From Eukaryota sp. TZLM1-RC (taxonomy: Eukaryota > Protista > Metamonada: BaSk clade): DNA of 64,000 nt. The DNA lies in the NCBI GenBank assembly GCA_040285825.1, contig JAUPSS010000003.1:1798001-1862000 (forward strand), in the 5' to 3' direction. Numbering within the stretch: the stretch's first letter is position 1; every line of letters begins with the position of its first letter. Below are positions 46,273-57,573 of this stretch, in pieces. Under the pieces are notes generated by a model. That model was not told the DNA's origin. It ran no database searches and saw nothing but the letters and a program-made list of their open reading frames with translations. Position numbers and translations under genes: made by a program.

Positions 46273-48732
46273 AATTTTTAATTTATTGAATTTGCACACT
46301 TGATTAAATTAAATCATAACTAATGGGACGACTATCATTAAACCAAGATTTCCTCTACAAAATCTTGATTTGCTTGCTGTCTAGCTAAAGCTTCTCTAAT
46401 TCGATTGAAAAACCGCGGTAATCTATTAATAATGGCAAATTGAATCCGTGAACGCCATAAAAAAATATCAAATCTTTTCATTGTTTTTTCTTTCACCATT
46501 TTTTGGAAGTCATCCAAAAAAGTTTCTGCTTCAACTGATAATCTTCCATTTATCGAAAATGGGAAAGCAATAAAAACCAGCTGTGTATTTCTATCGACAT
46601 TTGCATCTTCAATGTCTTTATCATATTTTCTATGTTTTTCTTTTGCTTTAAAATCCAGAGCAGCCACAGGATTGAGTTTTCTTCTGTGAACCAAAGTATC
46701 GTTTGCAACATTACATGAGACAAAGTCAACAATAGCTTCAGAATTATCAATCCAATCACAGTATACATCACCTCTATCATCAGAACCAAAATTATTCAGA
46801 GAAAGTGTTTCTTTCAGCAGGGGCTCTTTGATACACGATATCCTTGCAGTTTGTGCCATATTGAAAACAGTGTCTCTAACAGCATCATGTAATGAAGAAC
46901 GATAAGTTATCAATTTAGAGCAATTTAGAGCATGGCGCAAAGTGAGTTGAGGTGAATTCGAACAAATACATTTTTCTTTTGATAATAATTGGTTAATGGG
47001 GATGTTCAAATATAATCTCATTTTTGTTTCAAATGCTTCATTAGTAGCACACAATCCAAATCTTCGTGGTACAATGGTTACAAAAAGTGAAGAATCTGAC
47101 ACCTTGTTTTCACAAACACCCTTTTCCAATAACAATGAGTGAAGATCTTGATTTAAAACAGCCGAGCTGCAAATATTATTATAAAGATCTTTTTCATACA
47201 TTCCAGTCAATCTTTTCTGTAATGTTCGAAGAGTGTACTTCAAATTTAAAACATTTTTTTAGGAATATTGTCATTGAATGATTGGGGAAAACATCGACCC
47301 CATTTTTCTACATCAATTCTTGAAATTTCTTCATTTAATGCAAAAACAGTGGAACTTTGCGTTGTCATCAATAAATCTTCCCAATCTGCAAATCTTTCGG
47401 AGAACTCAAAGATTGCATTTCTGCATCCACCAACAAAAGCACACGAGGTAAGAATAGAAGCCTTCGTCCACCCTAAACCACCATATTGTGGACTAAGGTA
47501 AGCATGATCTGGAATTTGAAACATTTTACATCCCAGTAATTGAGACAGAACTTTTGCACGTAACTCATTAAACTTTTGAGCCAAAGGTCTAGTGACGAGA
47601 GGATTTGTAGATCGAAATATATGATTAAAATTGGAACTAAAACATAGTCTTATAATGGTAAATTTGATGTGTTTTTTTATATCTAAATTCATCATTCGGT
47701 CAATTTTGTCAGAAATTGAGTTCAACTTTTCAAACAATTTTTTGGTAATTTCATCATTATTTCCTAAAAACGAACCCAAATGACGAATAGCATCAATTGA
47801 ATATAATTTGGCTTGAATTTCAATATCATCAATTATTAAGGAAACTGGAGAATTCGATAACAAAACACATTTAAGTAAATTAAGTCGGAGACCAATTTTG
47901 GTAAATAATTCTTTAAAACATACAGTTGCTTTTTTCACAATATTTAATTCACCAATAAGCACAACATCATCCATATATGCAATCATTTTTAGTGAAGGAA
48001 ACATCTCTTGAATTTGCAGTAGAATAGGATGAATGGCCAAACAAAACAAAAGAGGTCCTAACGGATCTCCTTGCTTTACGCCACTTGATGAAATCAAAAT
48101 GTTGTTTCCAAAATGTAAATTAGAATATGTGCAATATGTTGATTGAAAATATGGTATTAATTCTGGCATATATTGCAATAGAGCACCATGGATACTGCGA
48201 CGACTTAGCGAATTGAAAGCATTACTAAAATCCAATGACATGCAAACATTGGATTCATTTTGACGAAATAAGACATCAGTAGCAAAAATCGCTGAAGAGA
48301 CTCCATCTGTAGTATTTATACCATATTGAAAGGGTAATAAAATCTTTTTAGCTTTTTCATTGAACCTGCTTAAGCAACACGCAGAAAAAATATTATGTAA
48401 GCTCTCAGAGACTGCAATAGGACGAACATCCATTTTTGAATTTTTGACAAGTGCAGTCAAACGAGAACTTCTTAATTCTTCTGGGTACTTGCGTTGACTT
48501 GATAATATTTGGTTGAAAAATTTGGTCAATAAACCAAGGCAATCTTCTGAAGAAATAATCGCGGCTTTTACATGATCAATAGTAATACCAGAAAGTCCGG
48601 CAGACTTACCACGAGGTCTCTTTTTGATAACCGAAAAAACTTCTGATGGCATCAATGGATAATTTTCCCAGTATGTGCCGTAAAAATTTTGATCCATAAT
48701 AGGGTCTTCATAAGGATGAAGTATTTTCAATT
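46273..48732 (-). mobile_element. RLE non-LTR family B, longest copy (RT+CCHC+RLE), 13-bp TSD
   Basis: DVRPIAVSE, QYGI, LDFSNAFNS, GVKQGDPLGP, AYMDD; single frameshift at about 47250; TATTTGTAATGTA at 46260-46272 and 48733-48745. Confidence 0.95.
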
Positions 48733-49110
48733 TATTTGTAATGTAGAAATGGGATGTTGTTCTTGTTTGTGTTTTGTGTTACATTGTTGTGATTTTGGTG
48801 TTTTGAATATTGGTGATTTTTTGGTTTAGGTACTTGCACTTTGAATATGGAGATGCTCTTCTTGCTTATGTTTTGTTTTGAATTGTTTTCTTGATGTTTT
48901 TCGGTTTGTTGTTTTTTGTGGTTCATGTACTTGTACTGCAGATGTGCGATGTTTCTTTTGTTTATGTTTTGTTTTACATTGTTGTTTTGATGCTTATGAG
49001 TTTGTTCATTTTTGTGGTTTAGATTCTTGCACTTTAGATATGAGATGTTATGTCTTAAATTGTTATTTTAATAATGTTGAGTTTTATTATGTTTATAATT
49101 TATATTTTCA
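48733..49110. repeat. About 96-nt degenerate tandem repeat (about 4 units, T/G-rich on +)
   Basis: Minus-strand units begin CATCTCATATCTAAAGTGCAAG / CATCGCACATCTGCAGTACAAG / CATCTCCATATTCAAAGTGCAAG / CATCCCATTTCTACATTACAAA. Confidence 0.78.
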
Positions 49111-49714
49111 ATCCAGCTGCCAACATCTTTTATAAACAAACCCATTTACTGTTGATTAAACAATGGCTGGAAATGTTGAAGCAAATCCAGGTCCTAGAAA
49201 GAGAAGATCTAATTGTAAATCAATTCCTCCATCAAAAATTATTAGAAATGCAATTTTTGACCAACAAACATGAAAATGTCAGTGGAAAAAACAACAAAAA
49301 GTACTGAACCGAGAAATTTGTATTGAGAATACAATGTTGAATATCGAGAACAGGAAGATTTTGACAAAAAAACCATTGAAACCGAGTATGGTCAGAAAAA
49401 TTGAGCCAGGATTTAATGGCTTCAAGCCCGATCCATTGATTCGATTCAAATCAATGACCCCGAATCAAAATCTTCCCATTGTTATACGCTTTGATCTTGA
49501 AACCTCTCAGGATGGTTATCTTTACCAAAATCATGACGGCCAATTTCACCCTCCTGATGAGACATCAACAAAAAGAGAAAAGAGGGTGCAAATCTTTTGA
49601 AAAAGAAAACTGATGAGCAAATGTGTGAGTCGATTTGAGATCAAAAAGAATTTTTAATTTCGATTGTTATTGGTAAGTTTGATCGCCATAATTTCTGTTT
49701 GGAGAGTAAGTATT

Positions 49715-50637
49715 TTGGAAAAAGATCTTTATAATAATATTTGCAGCTCGGCTGTTTTAAATCAAGATCTTCACTCATTGTTATTGGAAAAGGGTGTTTG
49801 TGAAAACAAGGCGTCAGATTCTTCACTGTTTGTGACCATTGTGCCACGAAGATTTGAACTGTGTGCTAATAATGATGCGTATGTAGCAAAAATGTGATTG
49901 TATTTGAACATCCCCATTAACCAATTATTATCAAAAGAAAAATGTTTTTGTTCGAATTCGCCTCAACTCACTTTGCGCCATGCTCTAAATTGCTCTAAAT
50001 TGATAACTTATCGTTCTTCATTACATGATGCTGTTAGAGACACTGTTTTCAATATGACACAAACTGCAAGGATATCGTGTATCAAAGAGCCCCTGCTGAA
50101 GGAAACACTTTCTCTGAATAATTTTGGTTCTGATGATAGAGGTGATGTATACTGTGATTGGATTGATAATTCTGAAGCTATTGTTGACTTTGTCTCATGT
50201 AATGTTGCAAACGATACTTTGGTTCACAGAAGAAAACTTAATCCTGTGGCTGCTCTGGATTTTAAAGCAAAAGAAAAACATAGAAAATATGATAAGGAAA
50301 TTGAAGATGCAAATGTCGATAGAAATACACAGCTGGTTTTTATTGCTTTCCCATTTTCGATAAATGGAAGATTATCAGTTGACGCAGAAACTTTTTTGGA
50401 TGACTTCCAAAAAGTGGTGAAAGAAAAAACAATGAAAAGATTTGATATTTTTTTATGGCGTTCACGGATTCAATTTGCCATTATTAATAGATTACCGCGG
50501 TTTTTCAATCGAATTAGAGAAGCTTTAGCTAGACAGCAAGCAAATCAAGATTTTGTAGAGGAAATCTTGGTTTAATGATAGTCGTCCCATTAGTTATGAT
50601 TTAATTTAATCAAGTGTGCAAATTCAATAAATACGAT
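49715..50637 (+). mobile_element. RLE non-LTR family B, 5'-truncated, 12-bp TSD
   Basis: CCHC/RLE ORF ending QDFVEEILV; AGAGTAAGTATT at 49703-49714 and 50638-50649. Confidence 0.92.
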
Positions 50638-50770
50638 AGAGTAAGTATTCACCTATATTGAAATTGAGTTCTCAAATCAGATTACCTGACATTGATATGG
50701 CTATTTAGGCAGAAATATTTTCTGACGAAAAAACCTTGTTTCGTAGGTTTTTAAACCTGTTTGGAAATCA

Positions 50771-50879
50771 TCAAAGGAAATGAAAAACCTCAAGATTTTG
50801 AAAACATCAACTTGATTCATTTCATATTCCAGTAATCTCAACGGGTTACTACTATTTGACTTTTTTGTGTTGCTACCCG
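50771..50879 (+). promoter_or_regulatory. Upstream cassette family 2, copy b
   Basis: Homologous to 23246-23353; stem-loop AGTAATCT caac GGGTTACT at 50831-50850; ends at ATG 50880. Confidence 0.7.
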
Positions 50880-51803
50880 ATGTCTTCCTTTGTTGACCTC
50901 TTCACTTATTGCGTACACCTAGCTAAAGTTGCCAACACTATTCTACGTAAAGCTGTTCGAGATGATGAAACTAAGGTTTTTGTCAAAGATGCTGCGACAG
51001 CCGACTTTGTTACCAGCGTTGATCTCCATGTGGAAACAATCATGGTTAATGCACTCAAATACAAATTTCCCTCTGTCAGGGTGATTGGTGAGGAGAGCAT
51101 AACAGCTGTGTCTACACCAATACCATCTGATTGTGACTTACCAGTGGAACCCCTATCATTGCCAAAGACTCTCCCAGAGTACGATCTCACCGATTTATGT
51201 ATTTGGCTGGATCCATTGGATGGAACATCATATTTTATCAAAAAGGAATATCATTCAGTTTGTTTTTTATTAGGAATATCATACAAAAACCGACCTATCG
51301 CTGGTATCATCACCCAACCCTTTGCTGATGTTGATTTCGACGTATGCTACGGTCTTCCAGGTATAGGAATGTTCTTTGATGGTAAGCAAGTTGAACCAAA
51401 GTTTCCACCATTAAATGAACTTGTAATTACCGTTTCAGACTCTCTAACGCAGTCCAATGTTGTTTATAAGACGATATCTCGTCTTGGTTATGCTCACTTG
51501 GTACATAACCATGGTACGGGTACGAAGTTCCTGACAGTGTGCAGGGGTCATTGCCATGCGTTTGTTCAGGCATTGGGGAGAACGAAGCGTTGGGATACTT
51601 GTGCAGGAGAAGCTTTAGTATTAGCAATTGGGGGATGTGCTACAGATCTTGATGGAAATCTCATCAACTATGATCCGAATGGGTCTTTTTTGAATGATAG
51701 AGGCATTGTTGCTCTTTCACCAGTGTTGTGTGAAGAGGGGAGGAGAAATGAGTTTTACGAACGATTGGACGTTCCTGCTGAGATTCCAGTCACATATAAG
51801 TAG
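50880..51803 (+). CDS. 3'(2'),5'-bisphosphate nucleotidase / inositol monophosphatase family (BPNT1-like)
   Basis: DFVTSVD, IGEE, IWLDPLDGT, GIITQPF, KRWDTCAGEA; first ATG at 50880. Confidence 0.92.
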   Translation: MSSFVDLFTYCVHLAKVANTILRKAVRDDETKVFVKDAATADFVTSVDLHVETIMVNALKYKFPSVRVIGEESITAVSTPIPSDCDLPVEPLSLPKTLPEYDLTDLCIWLDPLDGTSYFIKKEYHSVCFLLGISYKNRPIAGIITQPFADVDFDVCYGLPGIGMFFDGKQVEPKFPPLNELVITVSDSLTQSNVVYKTISRLGYAHLVHNHGTGTKFLTVCRGHCHAFVQALGRTKRWDTCAGEALVLAIGGCATDLDGNLINYDPNGSFLNDRGIVALSPVLCEEGRRNEFYERLDVPAEIPVTYK

Positions 51804-52425
51804 TTTTTTGTGTAAATAAATATTGGCAACTCAAAAGTTACGTTTCTATCCATGCTCATTAATACAATACAGCTCTCAACTTCCTTTACCATACTGACAG
51901 ACCTTTGCATTAGCTTTTGTCTGCAATCTTTTGAATTATGGGATTGTGTAATTTTGAAGATGTTCACTGTTCAAATCCTTATTTCACGATACACCATATG
52001 CACTGTTTCGATAATAAAGCAGTTTCATAGTATCGAAATCGATTGAACTGTTTATGACAGTTACATTGGTTACACCTAATTCCAAATACAAAATGATGAA
52101 ACCAGGACATTTTTTATTATTGTTCACTTGCTCTTTGTTTCTTTGAATTGTTTGCATTTCTGGAACAAATGCCTGTTTTTTCCAAAAAAAAATAGTGCTG
52201 AAGAAATAATAAAAGGACAAAATATGACTGAATGCAAAAAATAGAGGGCCATCTAAGATACAGTAACTCCATTAAATGAATCTTGTTCAGTTGTAATTTC
52301 TATTTTTGATTCTCACATTGATAAATTCATTTTTATTTCATTTATATAAAAACGCATGCAAAAAACCATAAATTTACAAAAAACATTTACAATAAAGCAC
52401 AATCAATCAATCACAATCAATCAAT

Positions 52426-54441
52426 CTAATCAAACATTTTCAACTTTAATAAATCAGTATTGCCAATCCCAAAAACACTAGACAATTGGGTCATAAGCAA
52501 AGAACCAAGTGCCTTGAATTGTTTGACCGACTCAAATTGCTTTTGCTGAGTGTGAATCTTGACCAAAAGATAAATTCCATCAATGGCCTCTGCTCTAGTC
52601 AGATTTGAATCTTTGCAGATAAACGCATCAGAAACAATTTCTTCAACACCACTTTGCTCAATCAAATACAAATGCTCCCTATCATCATGGCCACTCAAAC
52701 CATAATTCTCCATTTTATTAACACAATCGACCACAAACGACAACACTTCTTCAGCTTCAGCGTACTGCTTGCAATGAAGAAGAACATCGGCCAGGTAGAT
52801 GCGAAGGTAGGGGATGTGGGGTCTTCTGGAATGTGCTAATTTACACAATTGACAAAATAACTCACAATTGATATCAATCTTGCGTTTTGATTCTACCCAT
52901 GCAGAATGGATGCTATACAGATGAGCAGGTAGCACGTGATAATCACAGTCAAGGTCAAAATCAGACCAATCATCCCGTGATGATGACGTTTGTTTGATTA
53001 CTTTGTAGGTAAAATTAATTGCTTCTTGAGATCTACCAACTGCTGTGAGTAAAGTAAACTCCATATGCCATTTTCTGAAAAAATCAATTTCCTCAGGTCT
53101 AACTCCAAAAACAGTATTCTGGCTACCAAAAAAATCTCCCTGAATGTCTTTTCTTACGGTGACGTTTCCAAAAGCATCATTTAAATTAAACACGAGCTTT
53201 GGAAACATTGGAGCGTAGCCAGGACCAGCTGAAAGAATACATTCTTCATTTTCCAAGTCAAAAACCACAGTTTCAAGACAATTCTCTTTACATACAGTAA
53301 CATTACCTAATCCTATATCAATCGATGACGTGTCAGTTGCCGGACAACAATCAGATAGAATTAAAAAAACGTCTCGGGAAGTCAATGCTGAATATTTCAC
53401 CTGATTGATAATCTGACATAATCGTAACCATCTCAACTCATTAAGCCTATGGACACTTTCCACCGTCCCCAAACCCCGCACAATCACGTCATCCATCACG
53501 TGATCATTGTGACCTACTGATGACGTAGCACCACGTGCCTCTTTTGTCAAATATCTATTGACAGCTGCTATTCTAATAGGTTCTTCGGGTAAAGTCCACG
53601 TCGCTGCTTTTTGATCATGTCCAAAATCCATGATGAACCCACTCTTCTCCTTCGGCGAACTCACGGCAACCATCCATCCAAAAACGGCAGAATGAGAAGT
53701 AAGAGCTGTGTGAACTTCTACAATGTTTTTACAAGTCATAAGAGCTTGCCGGCAGAAAAGAGCCATTGGTAAAACACCTTTTCGCTCAACAAAGTCACGT
53801 ATCACGTTGAGAGAAAGTGACATTGCTTGGTTGTCCTCTGTTTCCTCCACCCATCCTTGCAGGGCTCCAAGGCTGCCTAAAAATGTAATAAGGCCATGAG
53901 GAGGGTAGTTTGGAATGATGAAGCGGATAACGCAAGGAAAGCGTCCAAGAACAGACGGTTGATAGTCGAGGTTATGACCATGGATTCCTTGGGATTCTAG
54001 CTTGGAGTTTGGAGGGGAAATGAAGACCGAACATGAATGAGAAGCCTTTGGGGTCATTATCTCTGCTCCCATGGTACAGAAAAGGAGAGTGCGTAAGGAG
54101 ATTCCACTACCTTCTACAATACCATTGAGTTCAGACCGGAATGTGTCCGGTAAAGATTTGTAGGCTCTGTTCAGTCGCCATGAGAGTAAGAGTTTGGCAG
54201 CACTGCGTGTACCAACGGGAAAACTTGCTACTTTGGATTCAATGATAAAATTGACAAGTTCTTCAAGTTTAGAGAGTTCAGGTGTGAGAAGCTTTCCAAA
54301 ATCGTATCCACCAGCTTCAAAATCTACTGCTTTTATGGTGACAAAGGGGACATTGGCGTAAAAGACAACAAAAGAATCACCTGATGTACGTTTGAAACCA
54401 TCATCATGAGAATAAGGCTCAGAAAAAGATGTACTGATCAT
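52426..54441 (-). CDS. C45/AAT-family Ntn-hydrolase (acid ceramidase-like) with C-terminal TPR-like helices
   Basis: ELNGIVEG, S-C-SVF putative Cys nucleophile, IHGHNLDY, SLSLN, AAVNRY; 671 aa. Confidence 0.78.
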   Translation of the reverse strand: MISTSFSEPYSHDDGFKRTSGDSFVVFYANVPFVTIKAVDFEAGGYDFGKLLTPELSKLEELVNFIIESKVASFPVGTRSAAKLLLSWRLNRAYKSLPDTFRSELNGIVEGSGISLRTLLFCTMGAEIMTPKASHSCSVFISPPNSKLESQGIHGHNLDYQPSVLGRFPCVIRFIIPNYPPHGLITFLGSLGALQGWVEETEDNQAMSLSLNVIRDFVERKGVLPMALFCRQALMTCKNIVEVHTALTSHSAVFGWMVAVSSPKEKSGFIMDFGHDQKAATWTLPEEPIRIAAVNRYLTKEARGATSSVGHNDHVMDDVIVRGLGTVESVHRLNELRWLRLCQIINQVKYSALTSRDVFLILSDCCPATDTSSIDIGLGNVTVCKENCLETVVFDLENEECILSAGPGYAPMFPKLVFNLNDAFGNVTVRKDIQGDFFGSQNTVFGVRPEEIDFFRKWHMEFTLLTAVGRSQEAINFTYKVIKQTSSSRDDWSDFDLDCDYHVLPAHLYSIHSAWVESKRKIDINCELFCQLCKLAHSRRPHIPYLRIYLADVLLHCKQYAEAEEVLSFVVDCVNKMENYGLSGHDDREHLYLIEQSGVEEIVSDAFICKDSNLTRAEAIDGIYLLVKIHTQQKQFESVKQFKALGSLLMTQLSSVFGIGNTDLLKLKMFD

Positions 54442-54486
54442 TGAAACAGATGATGTCTATAACAATGAAATAAGTGTCCTTTTTAG
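54438..54486 (-). promoter_or_regulatory. Upstream cassette family 1, copy b
   Basis: Sense strand: CTAAAAAGGACACTTATT TCATTG TT ATAGA catca TCTGT TT CAATGA. Confidence 0.75.
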
Positions 54487-56189
54487 ACCGATGTAGAGGG
54501 ACTGAGTTTTTAAAAATAGAACTAAAATAAATAAAAATTAAATTTCTTTGAACCTTTCACAACCTTAACTCTATGTAGGTATCCTGATCTATCTCCACCA
54601 TTTACATGTGCTTCTATCACTGCCAACATATTCAGTAAAGCATTTCGATCTCTATTTTGCAAACTTTCGTATGATTTACATGGTAACCCCGTGACGAATA
54701 GACATCTCATGCCGCTTCCATGGCCTAGGATATCTGCACCATCGGAATGTTTCAACTGTTTTCTCCGCTTTCTTACAGTTGAAACAACATCAACCGATTG
54801 TTCCTTTTACACTATGGAGGAACTCATTTTCTTAAAAATTCTTAAAACAGTATTCTATAGGCTTAATTTGCAAACTTAAAGCCACTCAATCTCAACCAGG
54901 CCAGTGATGTGTTGGTCTTTTAGTAGGAGATTTTTTGTTGGAGGCATTTTGTAGACGTGTTGTGCTTTCATGACCTCAAATAGGTTTGGTTATTTATTGT
55001 TATTTTTTATTTTTATTTGGTTATTTTTCGGTTGTTTTTGTGTAATAAAACAAAACTTATCATTATATTTATGAGAGAGACATTCTTAATTTTTTGATTT
55101 AGTTGATAATCATTTTTGGTTATCATTTTCTATGTTTCCAACATCTATTATGGAAGAAGCCGAGATGATTGAAGTTTTCAATAAAAGTGACACTTAGATT
55201 TTGTAATTGCAATGTCTTGGGATTCTGAGAATCAGAATTCTATTAGCTACCATTCCCACAACAAAAATATTTGGTGTGATATGATACCGAAATTGCACCT
55301 AGTGATTCTATTTGAAAACAACATTCTATTACATCGACTTTTTGGCTGATTTAGTGGACCAAATGTTACATTCATTTCACTTTAAAGTTTAAACGAATTA
55401 ATTAGTCTTTAGATGAATCGTTTTCTTGCTAACAGTGCATATTGTAGAATAATTATTATTATCATATGAATACAACCTGACAACTCAGTGAATAATTTTT
55501 AGTTTCCAGAGGCAAGATAAGGTGATGTGTGATATGTTGTGACTCCTATACTCGACGTCATTTTATTCTACAATTTGCATGAATATATGAAGCAACAACT
55601 GTTGTGAAGCTTTGATTGAACTATTTGCTTGAAACTAAATTATTATCAGTGTCAGATTCTTTTGTTACTATCATTATTACAGCTTATAATATAACAATGC
55701 ACTTTCGCATTCGATATCTTTTTGTTGGTTTAAAGTTTAGGAACACCAACTTTTTTATTGATTTAGTTTCCTTCATTTGTGTTGTACAACAGCCATCATT
55801 AAGAGAACATTATGCTAAGTTGGATTCAAATTTCCTGACAATTGATCAATAAGAATATAAATTACGATTGTAAATGGGACATTGACACTTCCATATTCGT
55901 TTTTAGATCAAACCAGATATTAATATTAGTGATTGATTTTACTAAATTTGAATTCTTGTACATACAAAACCTTTTGTTCTGAACACAAGAATTATGAGGT
56001 TTAGTTTTGGAAATTGGTTTATTATTATATTTTTTTCCTTAAAAGTCATTTTCTTTTTTGAAAGAAGTCCATAACTAGGAAAAATTTGAGTAACTAAATC
56101 AGCAGCAGAACAAAGACGAAGGTCTTTCAAAATAGTTCGGCATAAAAATTTCAGTTTTGGCCAAGTTATGCCTTTCTTTATTTTTGAAT

Positions 56190-57170
56190 CTTTCATATAA
56201 TTTAACCAGATGGTGATGAAGCTTATCAGGCAAAAACTCAAATTTGGGAGTGATCGGTTCAGAATTTCTTGAACAGTCTGAGGAAAACACCGAATTCAGT
56301 TATCAATGGGAAAATTATCAAATCCCAATTCCAGTTGCTTTAAGATAAATTTAGATTCACCATTGAACATCATTTGGAAACCTTGAGGAATATTCAAATA
56401 CAAAATTTTCTCCGCATCTAGACAAAGCTGCTTTACACAAAATTGAAGATTTGGTGAGGTCACCCAAATTAGCTGGACAGAATTCATGACTTTTTCATCA
56501 ATTATTCATCAACTTTTACTCATCCAAGTGGTCTTTTGGATAATTCTGTTTGTATTTGTAACGAAAAACCGACTGTAAATTTCCGTCATATTGTAAGTTG
56601 TAAGAAGTTTCTTCAATATCGGTCAGTTCGTCATAATGCCGATTGTGATGTGACACATGAGATGTTTAAGTGTTACAATTTTAGTTTCAAGGTACAAGCG
56701 TTATTGAACCATTATTCTGATAATAATTTGTTTAATTCACGCCGAGGTGATTCAATTGCTCCTTATGTGGATTCATCTCAAGTTGTTGTTGATTTTGCTA
56801 CAGTTGATCACTTTGCTTTTATTTATCGTGATGATGTTTTAGTTAGTTCTTATGGTCATTTACAGATGGCTGAGGATCGTAAACGAGACAAATATACTGA
56901 GATATTAAATGATCCAAATAAGGCGTTTACTTGAAGTTTTCGTTTGTTCCTTTTGCCCTCTCCATTTTTGGCAACATTGAACAGTCTGCCTTGAATTTTC
57001 TCAATGATTTTGATAAATTATGTCGTTGAAGTGGTAAGAATTTTGCAGGGAATTTATGGAAAAATCGTATCTTTTTTGCTTTGTATAGAAGTGTTCCCAA
57101 GTACTTAAATTCAATGATGTCCAAGCTGTATAAGGATTCATCAACAGTTGTCGTGGAGAATTCTGTTTCT
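56190..57170 (+). mobile_element. Degenerate RLE non-LTR family E fragment
   Basis: CIC..RHIVSC..RSVRHN, RRGD..VVVDFATVD..AEDRKRDKY, FVPFALSIFG; boundaries approximate. Confidence 0.72.
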
Positions 57171-57520
57171 TATGTGTTTTAATTTGTTTTGTTCTGGTTT
57201 GTTTCTTCGAAGAATAATAAATAATTTTACTCCCACTCAAGAAAAAAAAGAATTTCTTCCGAAGAACTTTGTTAAGCTATATGTGAAAATTGAGAGAAAT
57301 CGAATAAGGAGTTGATTTTACAATGCCACTGATCAATGGTCCAGGATATTTTCCAATTGAAACGAGGACAATAACGACAATTGAACAACAAACATTCATG
57401 GACGATTTTCTGCCTGACCAGAGATTGAAAATGGTCATTACACAATTAGCATCTTTGTGGTTGCTATACTTCGGCAAATTGTGGCCATAAGGGAATTTCC
57501 CACTTCTCATTGCATCTTTT

Positions 57521-57573
57521 AAAAGGACACACATCTCATTGTTATAAACAAATTTCTTTACGAATGACAATGA
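57521..57573 (+). promoter_or_regulatory. Upstream cassette family 1, copy c (diverged)
   Basis: AAAAGGACAC ACATC TCATTGTTAT AAAC...; TCATTGTTAT (57536-57545) can pair with ATGACAATGA (57564-57573), covering both ATGs. Confidence 0.62.

Noticed and set aside
49140-49700. Short ORFs between family B copies and other coding-like intergenic scraps (e.g. 1620-2110, 3200-3720, 8860-9400, 54900-56180, 61700-62150)
   Set aside because: No recognisable motif or intact frame; probably decayed repeats, but they cannot be assigned from sequence alone.
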